Assembly: GCA_951406725.2 (NCBI GenBank)
Contig: OX597835.1
Location: 930,001 to 994,000, forward strand
Length of the DNA stretch: 64,000 bases
Direction: 5' to 3'
Source: Octopus vulgaris
Lineage: Eukaryota
How positions within the stretch are numbered: the first letter of the stretch is position 1; every line of letters begins with the position of its first letter. The notes beneath the pieces were generated by a model, which saw nothing but the letters and a program-made list of their open reading frames with translations, did no database searches and was not told the origin of the DNA. Position numbers and translations under genes: made by a program. Below are positions 25,064 through 39,200 of this stretch, in pieces.

Positions 25064-25221
25064 ATATTCTTGTTAAAAAGACAAAAAAACCTTGGGGTTA
25101 TTTACGCTTGTCTTATGTTTTTCAAAATGTTGGAATTTAAAGAAATATTTTATTGAAACATGAAAAAATGTTTTTTTTTATCATTTAATAATTTTGTTAC
25201 ATATTTTCACTATTTCACTTT

Positions 25222-25263
<42 letters not shown>

Positions 25264-27952
25264 CACACACACACACATACATACACACACATTTGTGAGT
25301 TTATGCGTGTCTTTAAATATTTGTATATGCACAGTTGTATGTCTGTGTATGTATTGTAAAAAAAAAAAAATTAAAAACAAAAGAATGAACACCAAAAATC
25401 GAGGAAATATTGAACATTTTCAAGTCAGATTAATTTGCATAATTATTTCTTGAATAGATAATTATTTTTGTAGTTGTTGAGCTGACAGAATCGTTAGCAC
25501 AGTGGGTAAAATGCTTTGTTAAAGTAAGTGCCAATTCAGCACTGGGGTCACTGTAATCAACTTAACCCCTCCCTAAATTGCTGGCCTTGTGCCAAAATTT
25601 GAAAACATTATAATGGCAGAGGATTGCAAGAACCATGAGTGTCAGAAAAAATGCCTTGTGGTATTTGTTACAGCTCTTTACATTCTGAATTGAAACCCTA
25701 CTGAGGCTGACTTAGTCTTTCATCCTCTTCTGGATCAATAAAAGGAAGTATTGGGTCTTTAGTATCAACTGACCTCTCTTAAGTATCAGTCAAGAATTTG
25801 GGTTGTTTTGCTGACCCTTCCCCCTTTCTTGACCTTGAAACAAAAGCATTGTCAGACAAAAGGCTTAGTGACATTTCTGCTGCTGAGGTCAACTTTACCT
25901 TCCATCCTTTCAGGATAGATAAAATAAAGTACCAGTCAAGTGCTGGGGTCAATGTAAGTGACTTGCCCCTCACCCCACCCCACCCAAATCGCTGGCCTTG
26001 TATCAAAATTAGGACGAAATATTATTAAGGCAAGAAACTGACACAAAATGTTGTGTGGCATTTTTCTGGTTCTTTACGTTCTGGGTTCAGATCCCTTCCC
26101 AGATCAACTTTACTTTGCATCCTTTCGGTGTTGATAAAATAAAATACTCATCAAATGCTGAGGTTGTTTTAACCAACTAAACCTCTCCCCTAACTTGAAA
26201 CCGTTATTATTAGGGTGGTGGAGAGCACTGCATAAAATGCCGTGTGGTATTTAATTTTGAGTTCAAATTCTGTTTAGATCAGTTTTTCTTTTCATCCTTC
26301 CAGGGCCCATAAATTAAAGTACTCGCCAAATATTGAAAGTCAGTCAAATCAACTCTACCTACCTGCAAAATATGTGACCCCTGTAACTGCTTTTCAAGAA
26401 AAAAAATAATCCTTTGGTAAGAACTGGACCCTCTCTCTGTATTTATTTTCTTTCTTTGCTGATTGTCCATGTGATAAATCCCAAGCTATTCTTTATCTGC
26501 TAATTATATTATGTGATAAGCACCAAGCTACTGTTTGAACTGCTAAATTTATTCTGAGATAAAAATTGTTCTATGCAACACTTTTGCAGTCATTTTTATT
26601 CAGGAAATGTCTAAAGGTTTTCCTGTCTTTACTTAATCTATTTTTCTGTTCAAAATCATTTTCAATTCACTTTGCTTTCTATCCTATCAGTTCTCATTGT
26701 TGTTAAACCCAAGGCAAGACCTCGTCAAGCAAACCAAACATGTTCCAGCTGTAACCAACATGTTTCTTTTCCAGGCATGCTATACACATGAGGTATTAGG
26801 TGTCTCGGAAGGACAGAGGGCCTGTCAGTTCCTTTCAAATTTTTAGCATTTAAACTAGCCGTATCTGGCCCAAACATTCTGCTTGTTTTATGTTAAAACT
26901 GAACAGATCAGGCCTCTCACACCTACCCTACAATGTCATTCTAAGGAGAAGCAGTTTCATCATCAGTATCTTGAAAATACAAGATAATACCTGAATAATT
27001 CAAAACAATGTGAATGAATGAGCATTATATTTGGCAAAGTAATCTGAATGCTAAAGGATTAAGGACAGCTTTTCAACCCCAGGCTTCTACCTGTCATCTG
27101 GATCTCCTCTCTGGCTTTATAAACTGTCTGCATCGGCAAGCTGGCTAAACATGTTGAGAGGAGCTGTTGAGTCTTAAACTCATAATGATATTCTTTAGGT
27201 TCTTGACACCCTATACATATGAAGACTGGATTTCTAGTGGACTGTGTAGAAGAAATTCAACATTTAGGGGTCAAGTTCCAGCAAAAGATGATGTCTAGTA
27301 ATGTCGCTGTGGGATGCATACCTCAGAAGCATGCAAGACCTGCGTATCACCCTAGTCATCCAACTGCATCCCTGGTATATCTCCAGTCATCTTAAACTGC
27401 CTTGTCACTTCTCCAGAAGTCAGAGATGAGAGATTGAGGCTGGTCTGCTTCTGCAACTGTATCTCACTCTCATCCAAGACCAGAACATGTCAAGATTTAA
27501 ACTTCCTGGAATTAAAGATAAAGGAAGCTTTTGTTGCAGTCACTGGGAAATCACTTGAGTCTTAAGCAATGAAATACTTCTGTACTTATACAAGAGGACA
27601 TGTATGACTCTCTTGTGTCACTTGTGTGACTCTGTTCTCTGCTGAATCTTCTTTAAGAAGTGCATAGCTTCAGGATTGAAGGACAACGAAGAAAGGATCC
27701 AATAAACTCTTCTTTTTTTTTAGATGGTAAAGTAGGGTTTGAGACAAATCTGGTTGCTAATTTTAGCTGGTTGAAGAACTGTATGCAGATTCCCACATGG
27801 TTTTGGGTTGTCTTCTCAAGCAGATCTATCAGTATTTATGTGTTATTCTACTTCATTGCTGATCTTTAATCAAAACAGTTCCATCCATGATCAATCCATC
27901 TTTTTCTAGAAAGTATGTATTAAGGATTACACTCACGCACAAACTCACACGT

Positions 27953-28004
<52 letters not shown>

Positions 28005-28009
<5 letters not shown>

Positions 28010-28420
28010 GCTGTGTGGTAAGAAGCTTGATTTCCAACCACATCATTCTGGGTTCAGTCCCACTGTGTGGCAACTTGCACAAGTGTCTTCTATAGTCTCA
28101 GGCCAACCAAAGCATTATGAGTGTATTTGGTAGATGGAAACTGAAAGAATCTTGTTGTGTATATGTATGTATGTGTGAATGCACACACATATATATGTAT
28201 ATATGTGTGTCTGAGTCTGTTACTCACCACCAGTTGACAAGCGGTGTTGGTGTGTTTATATTCCTGTAACTCCGCAGTTTGGCAAAACAGACCGAAAGAA
28301 TAAGTACCAAACTTAACAAAAAGATTAAGCACTAAGATTGATTCATTTGACTAAAACAAATTGTTCAAGGCAGCCCCAGAATAGCTGCAGTCTAATGACT
28401 GATACAAGCAAAAAATAAAG
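28005..28420 (+). mobile_element. SINE family A
   Basis: Homologous to 61258-61650. Confidence 0.8.
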
Positions 28421-28423
28421 ATG

Positions 28424-28464
<41 letters not shown>

Positions 28465-28769
28465 ACACGAGGGGGTACCCCCCCCCAAAAAAAAAACTGG
28501 AATTTTGAAATATTATTTTATTCCCTTAGTTTTACATGTTTACACTTTTATCACCTTCAAAGAATTCTCCTCCATTTGGAGCAGTGCATTGTTCCAGATG
28601 CATTTTCCACTGCATACATCGAAATACATACGAACATAAACACATATAAAGGATCTTGCAGATAAATTGAGACAATTGTTACAATGCATAAAACTGGTTT
28701 TAAATACTGCAAAAATGGTAGCAGACGGATATAATTTTAATGTAACATTTATTACAAGAACATTTATCA

Positions 28770-29751
28770 TTCCATATGGTCACCCTTTTGGGCAATTACT
28801 GCCCCCATATGAGAATGAAATTTTTTGCAGCTGCCATGACCTCTGCCCTTTTGATTTTGCATGTCACATGCACGCTGTAGGTTTTCAAACTGTTGACACT
28901 TGAGTGTGGTGAACTATTGGTCCTTGCTTGAAGTACGCCCCATAAAAAGTAATCGAGAAGGTTGAGATCTGGGCTATTACTGGGCCAGATGTTGGGCCTC
29001 ACAAAAAAACAACACTTTCTCACCAAGAAAAACCTGTGCTGCTTTTGACCCATGGCATGGTGCAGAATCTTGGATAAGCACCACATTGTTGAGCCCAAAC
29101 TTCTGTTCCATCTAAGGTAACAGAGAGTTCTTCAGGATGTCCAGATCCTCCTTTATGCTGATCTTCAAGCCAGACTCAATGAAGTGTGGACCCATGACAC
29201 TTCCATCACTGGCTACGGCTCCAAATACCATCACAGAGGCAGGATTCTTAGTCTCAAACACTGGGGGGGGGGGACATCAGAAGGGTTGTATGCAATCACT
29301 CGAGAATTTCTGTGTTTCACCTCAGCATAAATAGTGAACTTCTTCTCATCCACAAACACGAGAGTTTTTCCTGCATCTTGATGCTTGATAAATGACAGAA
29401 GCTTTGGGCATCTCTTGGCTCTGATTGCTTTAACCTTGGCCGTTATGAGGTGACAGCACCATTGAACAGAGCCAGTCATGGCCAAGGTTCCTGTCCCCAG
29501 CTCTGGTCAATGTGGAAAGGGACACATTGTATTTCTTTGCAAGAGTTGTCATGGATGGGTTGGCTTCAATTGAGCAGTTGAGGTCAGCGAGAAAACTTTG
29601 TTGTTCCATGACTTTCTGTTGTTGAATCAGTTCGCTATTTACCTGAAAAATAAAGAGGAGGATTAGACTTTCAAGCAAGGTTTTGTCAAACAATGAAATA
29701 TTAAACCCATTAAGTCAACTGCTTAAAATTAGTCTTAATTTATGAGACCCT
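28770..29751 (-). mobile_element. Tc1/mariner (maT/DD37D-like) transposase fossil
   Basis: LVFVDEKKFT, IQDSAPCH and IWPSNSPDLNLLDYFLWGVL in broken frames. CAGGGT-type terminus near 29751. Confidence 0.8.
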
Positions 29752-32700
29752 GCACATACATACTTTCAAATACATACATTTATTATTATTATCAAAACCA
29801 CATAAAGTCATGTGAAATACAGTTGTGCAGGGCTTTCTGGCTGAAATAATGTATTTCGCCATTCACAAAGCTGGTAAAAACATGAAGGTTTAGTAACTGC
29901 ATTCAATGTGAGGTTTGGATATGCAAAACACAAGAGAGATTATTCACAGTAATATCAAAATAACGAAGCCAACACTTGAACGGCTTCTGATGTGTCCAGT
30001 GTTTAGCCTTAATTTCCACCAAGATGTTTCTTTTAAAATGCAGACATGAAGAAAATATTCCCCAAATATACCATAGCATCTTCAAAAACAGGACATTGGA
30101 TATTGTAGCTTTGGATAAAAGTGGCAAAAATCAGTGCTGGCTATAATTTCTATAGAATATCTCTTTAGCAAAAAGTGTTTGAATAAAAGACATGATGGTC
30201 CTGGCTGGAAGACTTGGATCAGAGTTGAACTGGAGTTAAGCAATGTTAAAGTTTTTATTCTCAAAGTTTAGAAAATTTTTTTTCATGTTTCTTTATTTAT
30301 CTCCCTGCATTTTGTATTTTCATTTGATTATCTGAGCAAAATACTCATAAAAAATTTTAAAAAAAAACAAAATTCTTTTAAATATCATTTTTTTATTAAA
30401 ATGCCAATGTGTTACAAGAATGATAATGAAAATGATGATTACAAGATTGTTAATAATCAACAATGATGATGAACCAACATGTACTTGTACATGTTCACTT
30501 AACTGGCAAATAGCAGCCAAATCTGCTTAATATCATCAGACTACCATCTTTAGAAAAGGGACCGACACAGTGGATAATGTAGTTCTAAATACATTATACC
30601 TGAGAAAGATGAAATACCTTTGAGCATGTCTGTCTGTTCTGGGGCTATTCAACCACAACTTGTGTATTTGGTCCCACCATGGTGCTGATTGTTGTCATCA
30701 GAGACCAAAAGTTTACTAACGATGACCTGCCTACAGGATAATATAAATCACATACAGCAGGGATGAATGTTGTGTAGTGTTGGTGAACTGTATTGGGCCT
30801 CAAAACCACCCCTTGGGGCAAAAACTAGGGTGGAAAGGGAGACTGGATCTGTTGCAACATCAATAACAAGACGGAACTTTTGAGCTCTGCAAAGATTCAA
30901 GTATGCAAATTGTCTGCCATTCTTAACAATGTTCATGTTAGTCAGGTGCTAATTAGCCCTAATGAATCTCAAGCACCTGAAGTGATGAATAAAAAATGCC
31001 ACAATCTAACAAGAGAGCCCTTTGTGATCACTTGACCAGCTAGAATCAGAAACCAAATCACATATATATACAACCTTAAAAAGGGAAGGAATCATCAAAT
31101 AATGGAATTGTTACAGCTGGAATGCCTTTGACCGTAAGTTTGCACAACTGAGGCTGACCAGGGGCTAACCAACAACTGCCATGGTCAGCGCTATAGTCAT
31201 TGCATTTACTATTATTAATATTATTACTATTGTTATAGTTAGAAAGGCAGTGGATTGGCAGAAACATCCAACATAGTGTCTGACAGTATTTGTTCCAGGC
31301 TCTTAATGTTCTGAGATCAATAAAATAAAGTACCAGTCAAGTACTGTGATCAATCTAATAAAAATCTTTTTGAGGGATGTAGGTTATTTGACTAATCCCA
31401 TCCCTGCCAAAGTGCTAGCCTTGAGAGCCTAAATAAGAAACCACTGTCGTAAACGAGTGGAATGGCAGAATAATTATTCGATCAGGCAGAGCACCTTGTT
31501 GTATTCATTCTGAGTTTTTATGTTCTGAGCTCAAATCCCAGTCAAGAGTCTATTTCATCCAAAAACCTTCTTTTCTCAAAATTTTTTATGCTCTTAGTTC
31601 AAATAATATCAGGGTTTAGTCAAGTCGTTATAACTGACCGACCCCTTGTCCCTAAACACTTCTGGCCTGTGTTTACAATTATTATTACTAACGATTTTTT
31701 AATATAGGGCAAAGCCTTCATTGAGATATATGGGGATTTGATATATACAAGAAACATGCAAAAAGCCTCGTGACATTCAGCCACCCATGGCTTCCCGAAC
31801 GAAATATCAAATTTATTTCGCCCTTTTTCAAGCTCGTAAGGTCAACAAGACGGTTTAGTAACTGCATTTGATGTAATAGAAATTTGAAAGTGGAGTATTT
31901 AGTAAAAGGGGGAAAAAAAAAAGTTCTCAAGGGGAGATAATTAACTACCTAATATTTGCTATACAATTATTTATTTCCCATTGATTACTTTCATTTTCAA
32001 AATACGCTCAATTGCCTCAACCACAAAACCGTTTTGTTGACTTAACGAGCGAGGAAAATAAGGAAATAAAGTCAATATTGCGGCCACGAAACCCTGCGTT
32101 GCTGAATTCCACAAAACTTTTTGTGTTCTTTTTATTTGTAATATCTTTATGATAATTATTAAAACCGTTTCTCTCTCTCTCTCATTTTTACGTATATATT
32201 CATATAGTCATTTTTTTCTTTTGTGTTAATCATTTAGTAAAATATCTTCACTCTCTTAACTTGTTGAACTTCATAACTCGCCCTACATCCTTGCTTATAT
32301 ATGTACGAATCCATGCAGGGGCGTGGGTGTTTGTGTTTCCATTTGACATCAACATGTCATACAAGCAGGGTCATTCCTTTTCATTATTTCGCAAAAATAT
32401 GTCTGGTCATGGGAAAATACTACCTCACTTGGAAACCGGTGTCAATGACAGGAAAGGCAACTTGCCACAGAAAATCTACCTCAGTAAACTCCATTTGGCC
32501 CATGGAAAAGTGGATGTCACAATGATTAATTATCACTCTCCCACCAGTAACTGAGTATAGTACTTTATTTTATCAACTCTTTAAGGCTGAAAGGCAAATT
32601 TGACATCAGCTGGATTCTAACTATTATTATTATTATTATCATCATCATCATCATCATTATTATTAACATAATTGCTGGAGTCAGCTGCAAAAATGATTAG

Positions 32701-35296
32701 AGAAATGATTAGAGTCAATCCTAGATTCTTGAAAATCCTTCACCCACCCCCACCCAACACTCTTCCCCACCAAAAACACTGACATCAACGTAAGGACAAG
32801 CCAACAAGGAAGTCTACAGCCATTCAGTTCACTGGAAAGGACATCAAACCCTCTTCACGTACAACATACCATCTTAAGAAAAAAAAAAAAAGAACATATT
32901 ATATGATTTGGTCGTAGAAGGGAAAGAAATGGGATGAGAATGGTTGGAATATTTTTGATTTTTATTCAATGAGAACTGGTCTGAGATTAAACAACAACAA
33001 CAACAAAGTGAGTACAAATCACCTCCACGAATTAAAATTAAATTTTAGTGTGTAACGAACTTTTTTCTATCATTATCCCCACCCCTACTATCGTCTTTAT
33101 TTCCTTGTTTGCACTTCCTCCTTCAGCCAAACATCATTTCCAGAATATGCTCAAGGTTAAAAAGAGAAATGTGTGAGACGTAAGTAACAATTATTAACAA
33201 TGCTTTAGTTTGTTAAGGTAAGGGCGCTTAAATATGAGGGAGCAGCTCCTTTGGCCCCTACATTTGAACATGCAAGCAGCCTGAAAGGGCTTGCTTGTGG
33301 CATCAGTGTTAATGGGATGGAGATGACAGAGTCCTCCTGAGATGCATTCCAGGTGTTCAACATACTGGTCTCTCTCAGCCAATAACTGCAAGTGTGTCGT
33401 TCTTTCAATTAAAGTAACGGTGGGGATCATGTCTGGTGAGCACTGAGGCTCTCCACTTTGATATGCAGCAATCCACAACCAATTGTTGAGGATGAGAAAT
33501 ATATTCATTTGAGCATGGAAAATCAGCCCCCGACGGGCTTTCAAGAACGTCTCGATGTAACAGATATGTGAACTGCTCAGTTTCTATACTTGCAGGAAGA
33601 AGTGGAGGAAGCCACCACAACAATCTTCACTTGACACAAACAACACGAGACAAGGGGAAATAGAACCAAAATCTCCCTCAAATCAACCCTACTGTCTTAA
33701 ATAAGAAAACATTAGCTAATGTAGTCCAATGTACTCCTTAACGGCCTAATGGTCATGGCTGGAATACTTCTGAGTACGTCTGCTCAGTAAGGACTGATCT
33801 GAGGAGAAGTAATAACAACCACCAAATTTCTTCTCCCCCAAGACAGACACGGTACCAATGGATCCTCAGTCAAGACCAACCATTTTGTTTCTGGTCTTAC
33901 ATTAAATTTCATTTATCAAAAGATCCACAACCCTCCACTACAACCACCACTATCACTACTACTATGACCACCCACCAACCATCTATCACAAACATAATTT
34001 AGAGACAGATGATCAGATAGTGTTAGGAGGTAGTGGTCAAGAGATATAACAAGGATTTCAGTTGAGAAGGATTCCTCACCAAACCACCAAACTCTTTTTA
34101 GAGACAAAGGGTTGGGCCAAGGGAAGTAAAACTTTACCAGCTCCAGCAATGCAATTACCACCACCACCACCACCACCACAACTACAACACAAGTGTTCTA
34201 GTTATATTACTGGTACATATTTTAAATTGAACTTAGTACAAAAAATGTCCCCACAAAAGAAAAAAGTATCACGACCACTTCAAATGGGTTTCGTACTTGG
34301 GTGCCGAACCCGACTTTCTGCATCTTACATTGATCAGTTCCATCACACCAAAGTGTCATTTTTTCCATAATAATAAACATCATTGTAAATGCTTAAATGC
34401 TGTGAGTTGCCATGACAACACAGGCAACTGTCTACTGTACCTACCATACATGCTTCTGAGCTGTCACATTTGCTCAACACAGTGGCAGCTTCTACAGCAT
34501 TATTAACCCTGCTAGAAATAGCAGCAAATCTCTCTCAAATTATACTCTACTGTCTAAAAAAAAAACCCCAAGGACAAATTGGATAATTTAGTCCAAGGTA
34601 CTTCTAAAAAGTTTTAATGGTCATAACTGGAATGCCTTTGTGCACAGGTCTGCTCAAACAGGGCCAACCAGAGATTAAATAGCATACACACCCACACACA
34701 TGCACACACAAAATTATTTTATGAAATTAAAAAAATTTTTTTTCTTTTTAAATTTTGATTCCTCTTAATTTATGCTTGAAATGCCTTTCACGTTCCCACG
34801 CTGCACAACTTGCATCACAGCAGTGCAAATTAAGGGTCACAAACAAGCACCACTAAAGAGAAGATAAACACACAAAAATATATAAACAGAAAAGTATAAA
34901 AAACAAATTTGTTTCCACCTCGAAACCAGCTCCCCAACACCTGCCTCCACTGCTTTAGAACTATTACCCACGGAATGATGAAATTCAGTTGCAACAATTC
35001 CTGGGGAAAAATCCTTGTCCTCCTTCATTGTTACAGAATTGTTCAGACTTTAAGTAAACATCATTTTCTCAAAAAAAAAAAAAAAAAAAAAGTCTTAAAA
35101 AATAATAAACAAATAAAATAAAATGAAAATGTCTGATGGGTGCAGGAAATGACTGAACCAACTCTCAGTCAAGTGCACATCCACGAATAAACTTCTCTTT
35201 AGTAGCCAAGTTGGGTTTGCACCCCCGTGGAAAATCAAAAAAACAAACAACTAAACTGGTATCAGCCGTGCCTTACTAGTAGGCCCTGCGACGTAG

Positions 35297-35415
35297 TTAA
35301 GACAATACTTCATCCCGAAAAGCCAGGCTGATTATGGCCTTTTGGTGACCTTTGTATTCCCTGCGAACTTCTCCACTCTCCACGCTCCAAAGTCGAGCCA
35401 CATTGTCTGATGAAG
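35297..35415 (-). CDS. MLST8: mLST8 coding exon 9 (terminal)
   Basis: [39 protein letters not shown] then TAA. Confidence 0.93.
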
Positions 35416-36183
35416 CTGGAAAGAGTGGAAAGAGACAAAGAAAATGCACGATTATTATCATTCAAAGAGTTTGGAACAGACTGAGCATAAAACAAGATGG
35501 AAATTAGCTGAGACACAGAACCACACTCACATGCAGAACAGATTATTTCAGATTACGTGCTATCATCTTAATCCCATTTAATCCTAATTCTAATATCTAT
35601 GCTTTAATAAATTCCATTTAATTTCATTTTAACTTCTATGCTTAAAAGGAGTTAAAAGGAGTTTGTTAAGAGAGATTTGCCCTTTCAGTCACCAAGCCAC
35701 GACTTATGGCTGGACATGTTTTTATGGAAGACTGAAAATGAATGCCTGCTTGAATGAGAGTGACGCTCATTTGAAACTATTGCATCCAAACAAGGAGACA
35801 CAAATACACGTATGTGTGTGTGTATTTATATTTCATCATCATCGTTTAGCGTCATATATATATATATATGTATATTTATACATATTTATATATTGATAGA
35901 AATGGTAAGACAACAAAAGAATGAAAGAGACCTCGATATTATGTTAATAGAGGAATTTATCTGTAAATATAATATGTGACAGTTGTTCGGTAGCCATGGT
36001 AAAACTCTGAGTTTCGGATGTCAGGGCAGAAACCCACACCGCCATCTCTTCAATTATCTGGCCATCGAAAAAAGATTTTTATGATGGCCGGATAACTGAA
36101 GAGATGGTGCTGTGGATTTCCACCTCGGCATCCGAAACTCAGAGTTTTATCATGGCTACCAAATAATTGTCACTATTTACGGA

Positions 36184-36240
<57 letters not shown>

Positions 36241-39200
36241 TTAAGATGACAAGGAAACATATTTAACGAATAGCCTTGAGTAAGGAATAGAACAGTACTT
36301 CAGAGCTGTGAAGTTTTGTATTTTTGGTATCAGACTTTAACAAAAGTAAAAATGCAAAAGCAAGTATCAACATGGAATGTGGTTTTGTAATAGAACAAAC
36401 TTTATAGGAGAGAGTTCAAATATAGACTATATAGAAGGAGAGGTAAAATGTAGGCCATACAGAAGGCAAGAGGTAAAAGAAGACCATAGAGGAGAAGAGA
36501 GCGTGCCGGTGGTTGGCATTAGGAAGGGCATCCAGCTGTAGAAACTCTGCCAGATCTAGACAGGAGCCTGGTGCAGCCATCTGGTTCGCCAGCCCTTGGT
36601 CAAATCGTCCAACCCATGCTAGCATGGAAAGCGGACGTTAAACGATGATGATGATGATGACAAAACAAAAACAAAATGTTCAAGCCTGAGGAGATCTTGT
36701 AAAAAAAGTGGGAGGCAGAGTAGAGAGGTGGAGAGAGAAACAGCCTTACCAGTAATTATGTATTGTGAATCGCCACTGAAAGCGCAGTCCCACACCCAGC
36801 GCTGAGTGTTGTCCTTCAATTCTGTTAACTTTGAAAAGTCAGCAGTTTTCCAGATCACAGCAGTGCAATCAGCAGAAGTCGTGGCCAAAAGCCTGGAATG
36901 GAAAAATAGCTGATATTAATAATTATTATAATATTGTGGTGAGTCAAAAGTTTTGCAATATTTTGGAAATTTATTTGCTTTATTCATCAAGATACTACAA
37001 AAGCAGCTTAGCATAGAAAGTAGAGTCTGTCTTGTTGCACTGCCTGAAGCCACCTTTCTGCCAGTTCTTGTCTTTCACCCCTTCTTGGTTGATGAAGTGT
37101 CCTGAGCACAGAAAGTGAGCCATTGATCAGAACAAGAGACGTCTGGACAATATACTGGACGTGGTATCAGTCAGCCATGCGCCTTCACTATATGTAGCAC
37201 AGTTAGTGTGTCTATGCATTATATACCTACTACTGTATAAAGAACACAGCTAGTGTGTCTACACACATATTAAGTAAAAGTACAGCTTTCTGGTCTTCGT
37301 ATAGACATTAATTATGAAAATAGTTAAGTGATGATAATTGTTATGATATTATAGCTATGTCACAGCTAAAATGTTAAAGCTGTATCATAATATTCATATT
37401 GCAGTTATGATGCTATGATTCTTATAAGGTTAAGATGATTTTATGATACTTATGATGTTAGAATACTTATCATCATCATCATCATCATTTAACATCTGTT
37501 GTCTATGCCAGCATGGGTTGGATGGTTTGACCAGACTGATTTGGCATGGTTTCTATGGCTGGATGCCCTTCCTAATGCCAACCACTCTAAAAGTGTAATG
37601 GGTGCTTTTACGTGCCAATGGGATCAATTACATTGCCTCTGTGAGGCACATCACTCGAATGGTGCTTTTTACATGCCTGTTACATGACACCAGTATCATT
37701 GCTTCTGTAAGGCCCGTTGCCTCCACGAGGCCTGTTGCCTCTGTGAGACCCATTGTCTCAGTGAGGCCCATTGTCTCAGTGATGGCATAAATATGAAAAT
37801 AACAATTACAACAGAATGGATTTCCTTCTGAGACTAATTCCATGTTTTGCACTAATTAATCTCTATTGTTCAAAAGAACCCCTGTACAGGGTACATAGCT
37901 GCTATTGCTTCTCATTTTATATTGCTGTGACCTTCATTGGAACTCAGTGGATAAAGATAGAAACACTCATCTAGTTATAAACAAACAGGAAAAAATCTAC
38001 AGAATAAAACTGTCAAAATTTGTAAAACTATCCCACCTTCTTAGGATACATGAGGATATGGAATTATAAACAGAAAGAGAAAAAATGTTAAAAAAGTGAA
38101 AAGCAAATTGCAAATGATAGAAATGAACAATAAATCAATGAAAGCAGAAAAGCCTGAAACAAAGTCTTTCTTACGTTGAGTCAGGACTGAACATACACTT
38201 GAGAGCATATCGCTTGTGGGCTTGAAACTCTGCTCGTTTGTGGAGAAAGGAACACTCGCTCTTATGGCTGCCACTCAGAGACCAGACATAGCACCGTCCC
38301 TGCAACAGAAAAGAGCAGAATTAATAATTAATTATCTTTGCTGACCTCTTTCATTTATGGCATTCCACACACACACACACATGCAGAGCCTCTTCCTCTT
38401 CATCTCCTATCCCTACTCCTTCCCAAGTTGATTCGTCTGGCAAAGCAGTCGCTGAGAAAAAGTAAGAAACTAAACAGGGGAAACTAATGTAAAAAAGGGA
38501 AGAGGGAAAGAGAAAGAGAAAAGAGGAAGAAAACAAAACAGAGGGGAAAGTGAAAGAGAAGGAAGAAAGAGAGAGACAGTTTGCGTAGGTGAAAGAATAC
38601 AGTATAGCATACAGGAAAGTGGATAATATTTTCATAAGGTGGAGGTGATCTATTGGTATCGTAAATAAGACTATTGATTGAAGACCCCAAGATTAGGGAG
38701 TCCTTGCTTAAGTGTGAGTTTGTTGTTAATGTAGTTGTTGCTTTTTAGTCAAAGGTCAGCCTTCATCCAGCTGACCTGCCTTCATTGCACCTGTGACCAT
38801 CCCATCATTTATTTAGACAGTGTCCCTACAACTACATTAATCCAATTAAAATAGAACAACAGAACAGGAAATCAAGATGGTCCTCTAGAAGACATTTGTC
38901 CTCAGCTGTTTTAGGCCACTGCCCACAGCTGTGGTCACCACACAGTGAAAAAATTAACAATGGAACTCAAAGCAATCCAACAAAGCAACACAAAGAAAAT
39001 CATCTCAATGTGACGTGTAAGCAACTGGGAGAGAGATGAAGAAAGTTATGACACAACCCCCTAGAATGATGGCAGGGAAGATATGCAGTGATATACATCT
39101 GGAACATCTTGGAAAAAATTGTACCTAACTTTGGCATTGTCAGTTACACAAACAGCAGAACAGGAGGGGGGAGGGGTACTGCAGAGTAGCAAAAATTCCA

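Noticed and set aside
33194-33650. ORFs at 33194-33623 (also 9650-10300 and 27100-27600) as possible extra genes
   Set aside because: No recognisable domain or consistent splice structure. They are probably decayed LINE pieces but too degenerate to classify.
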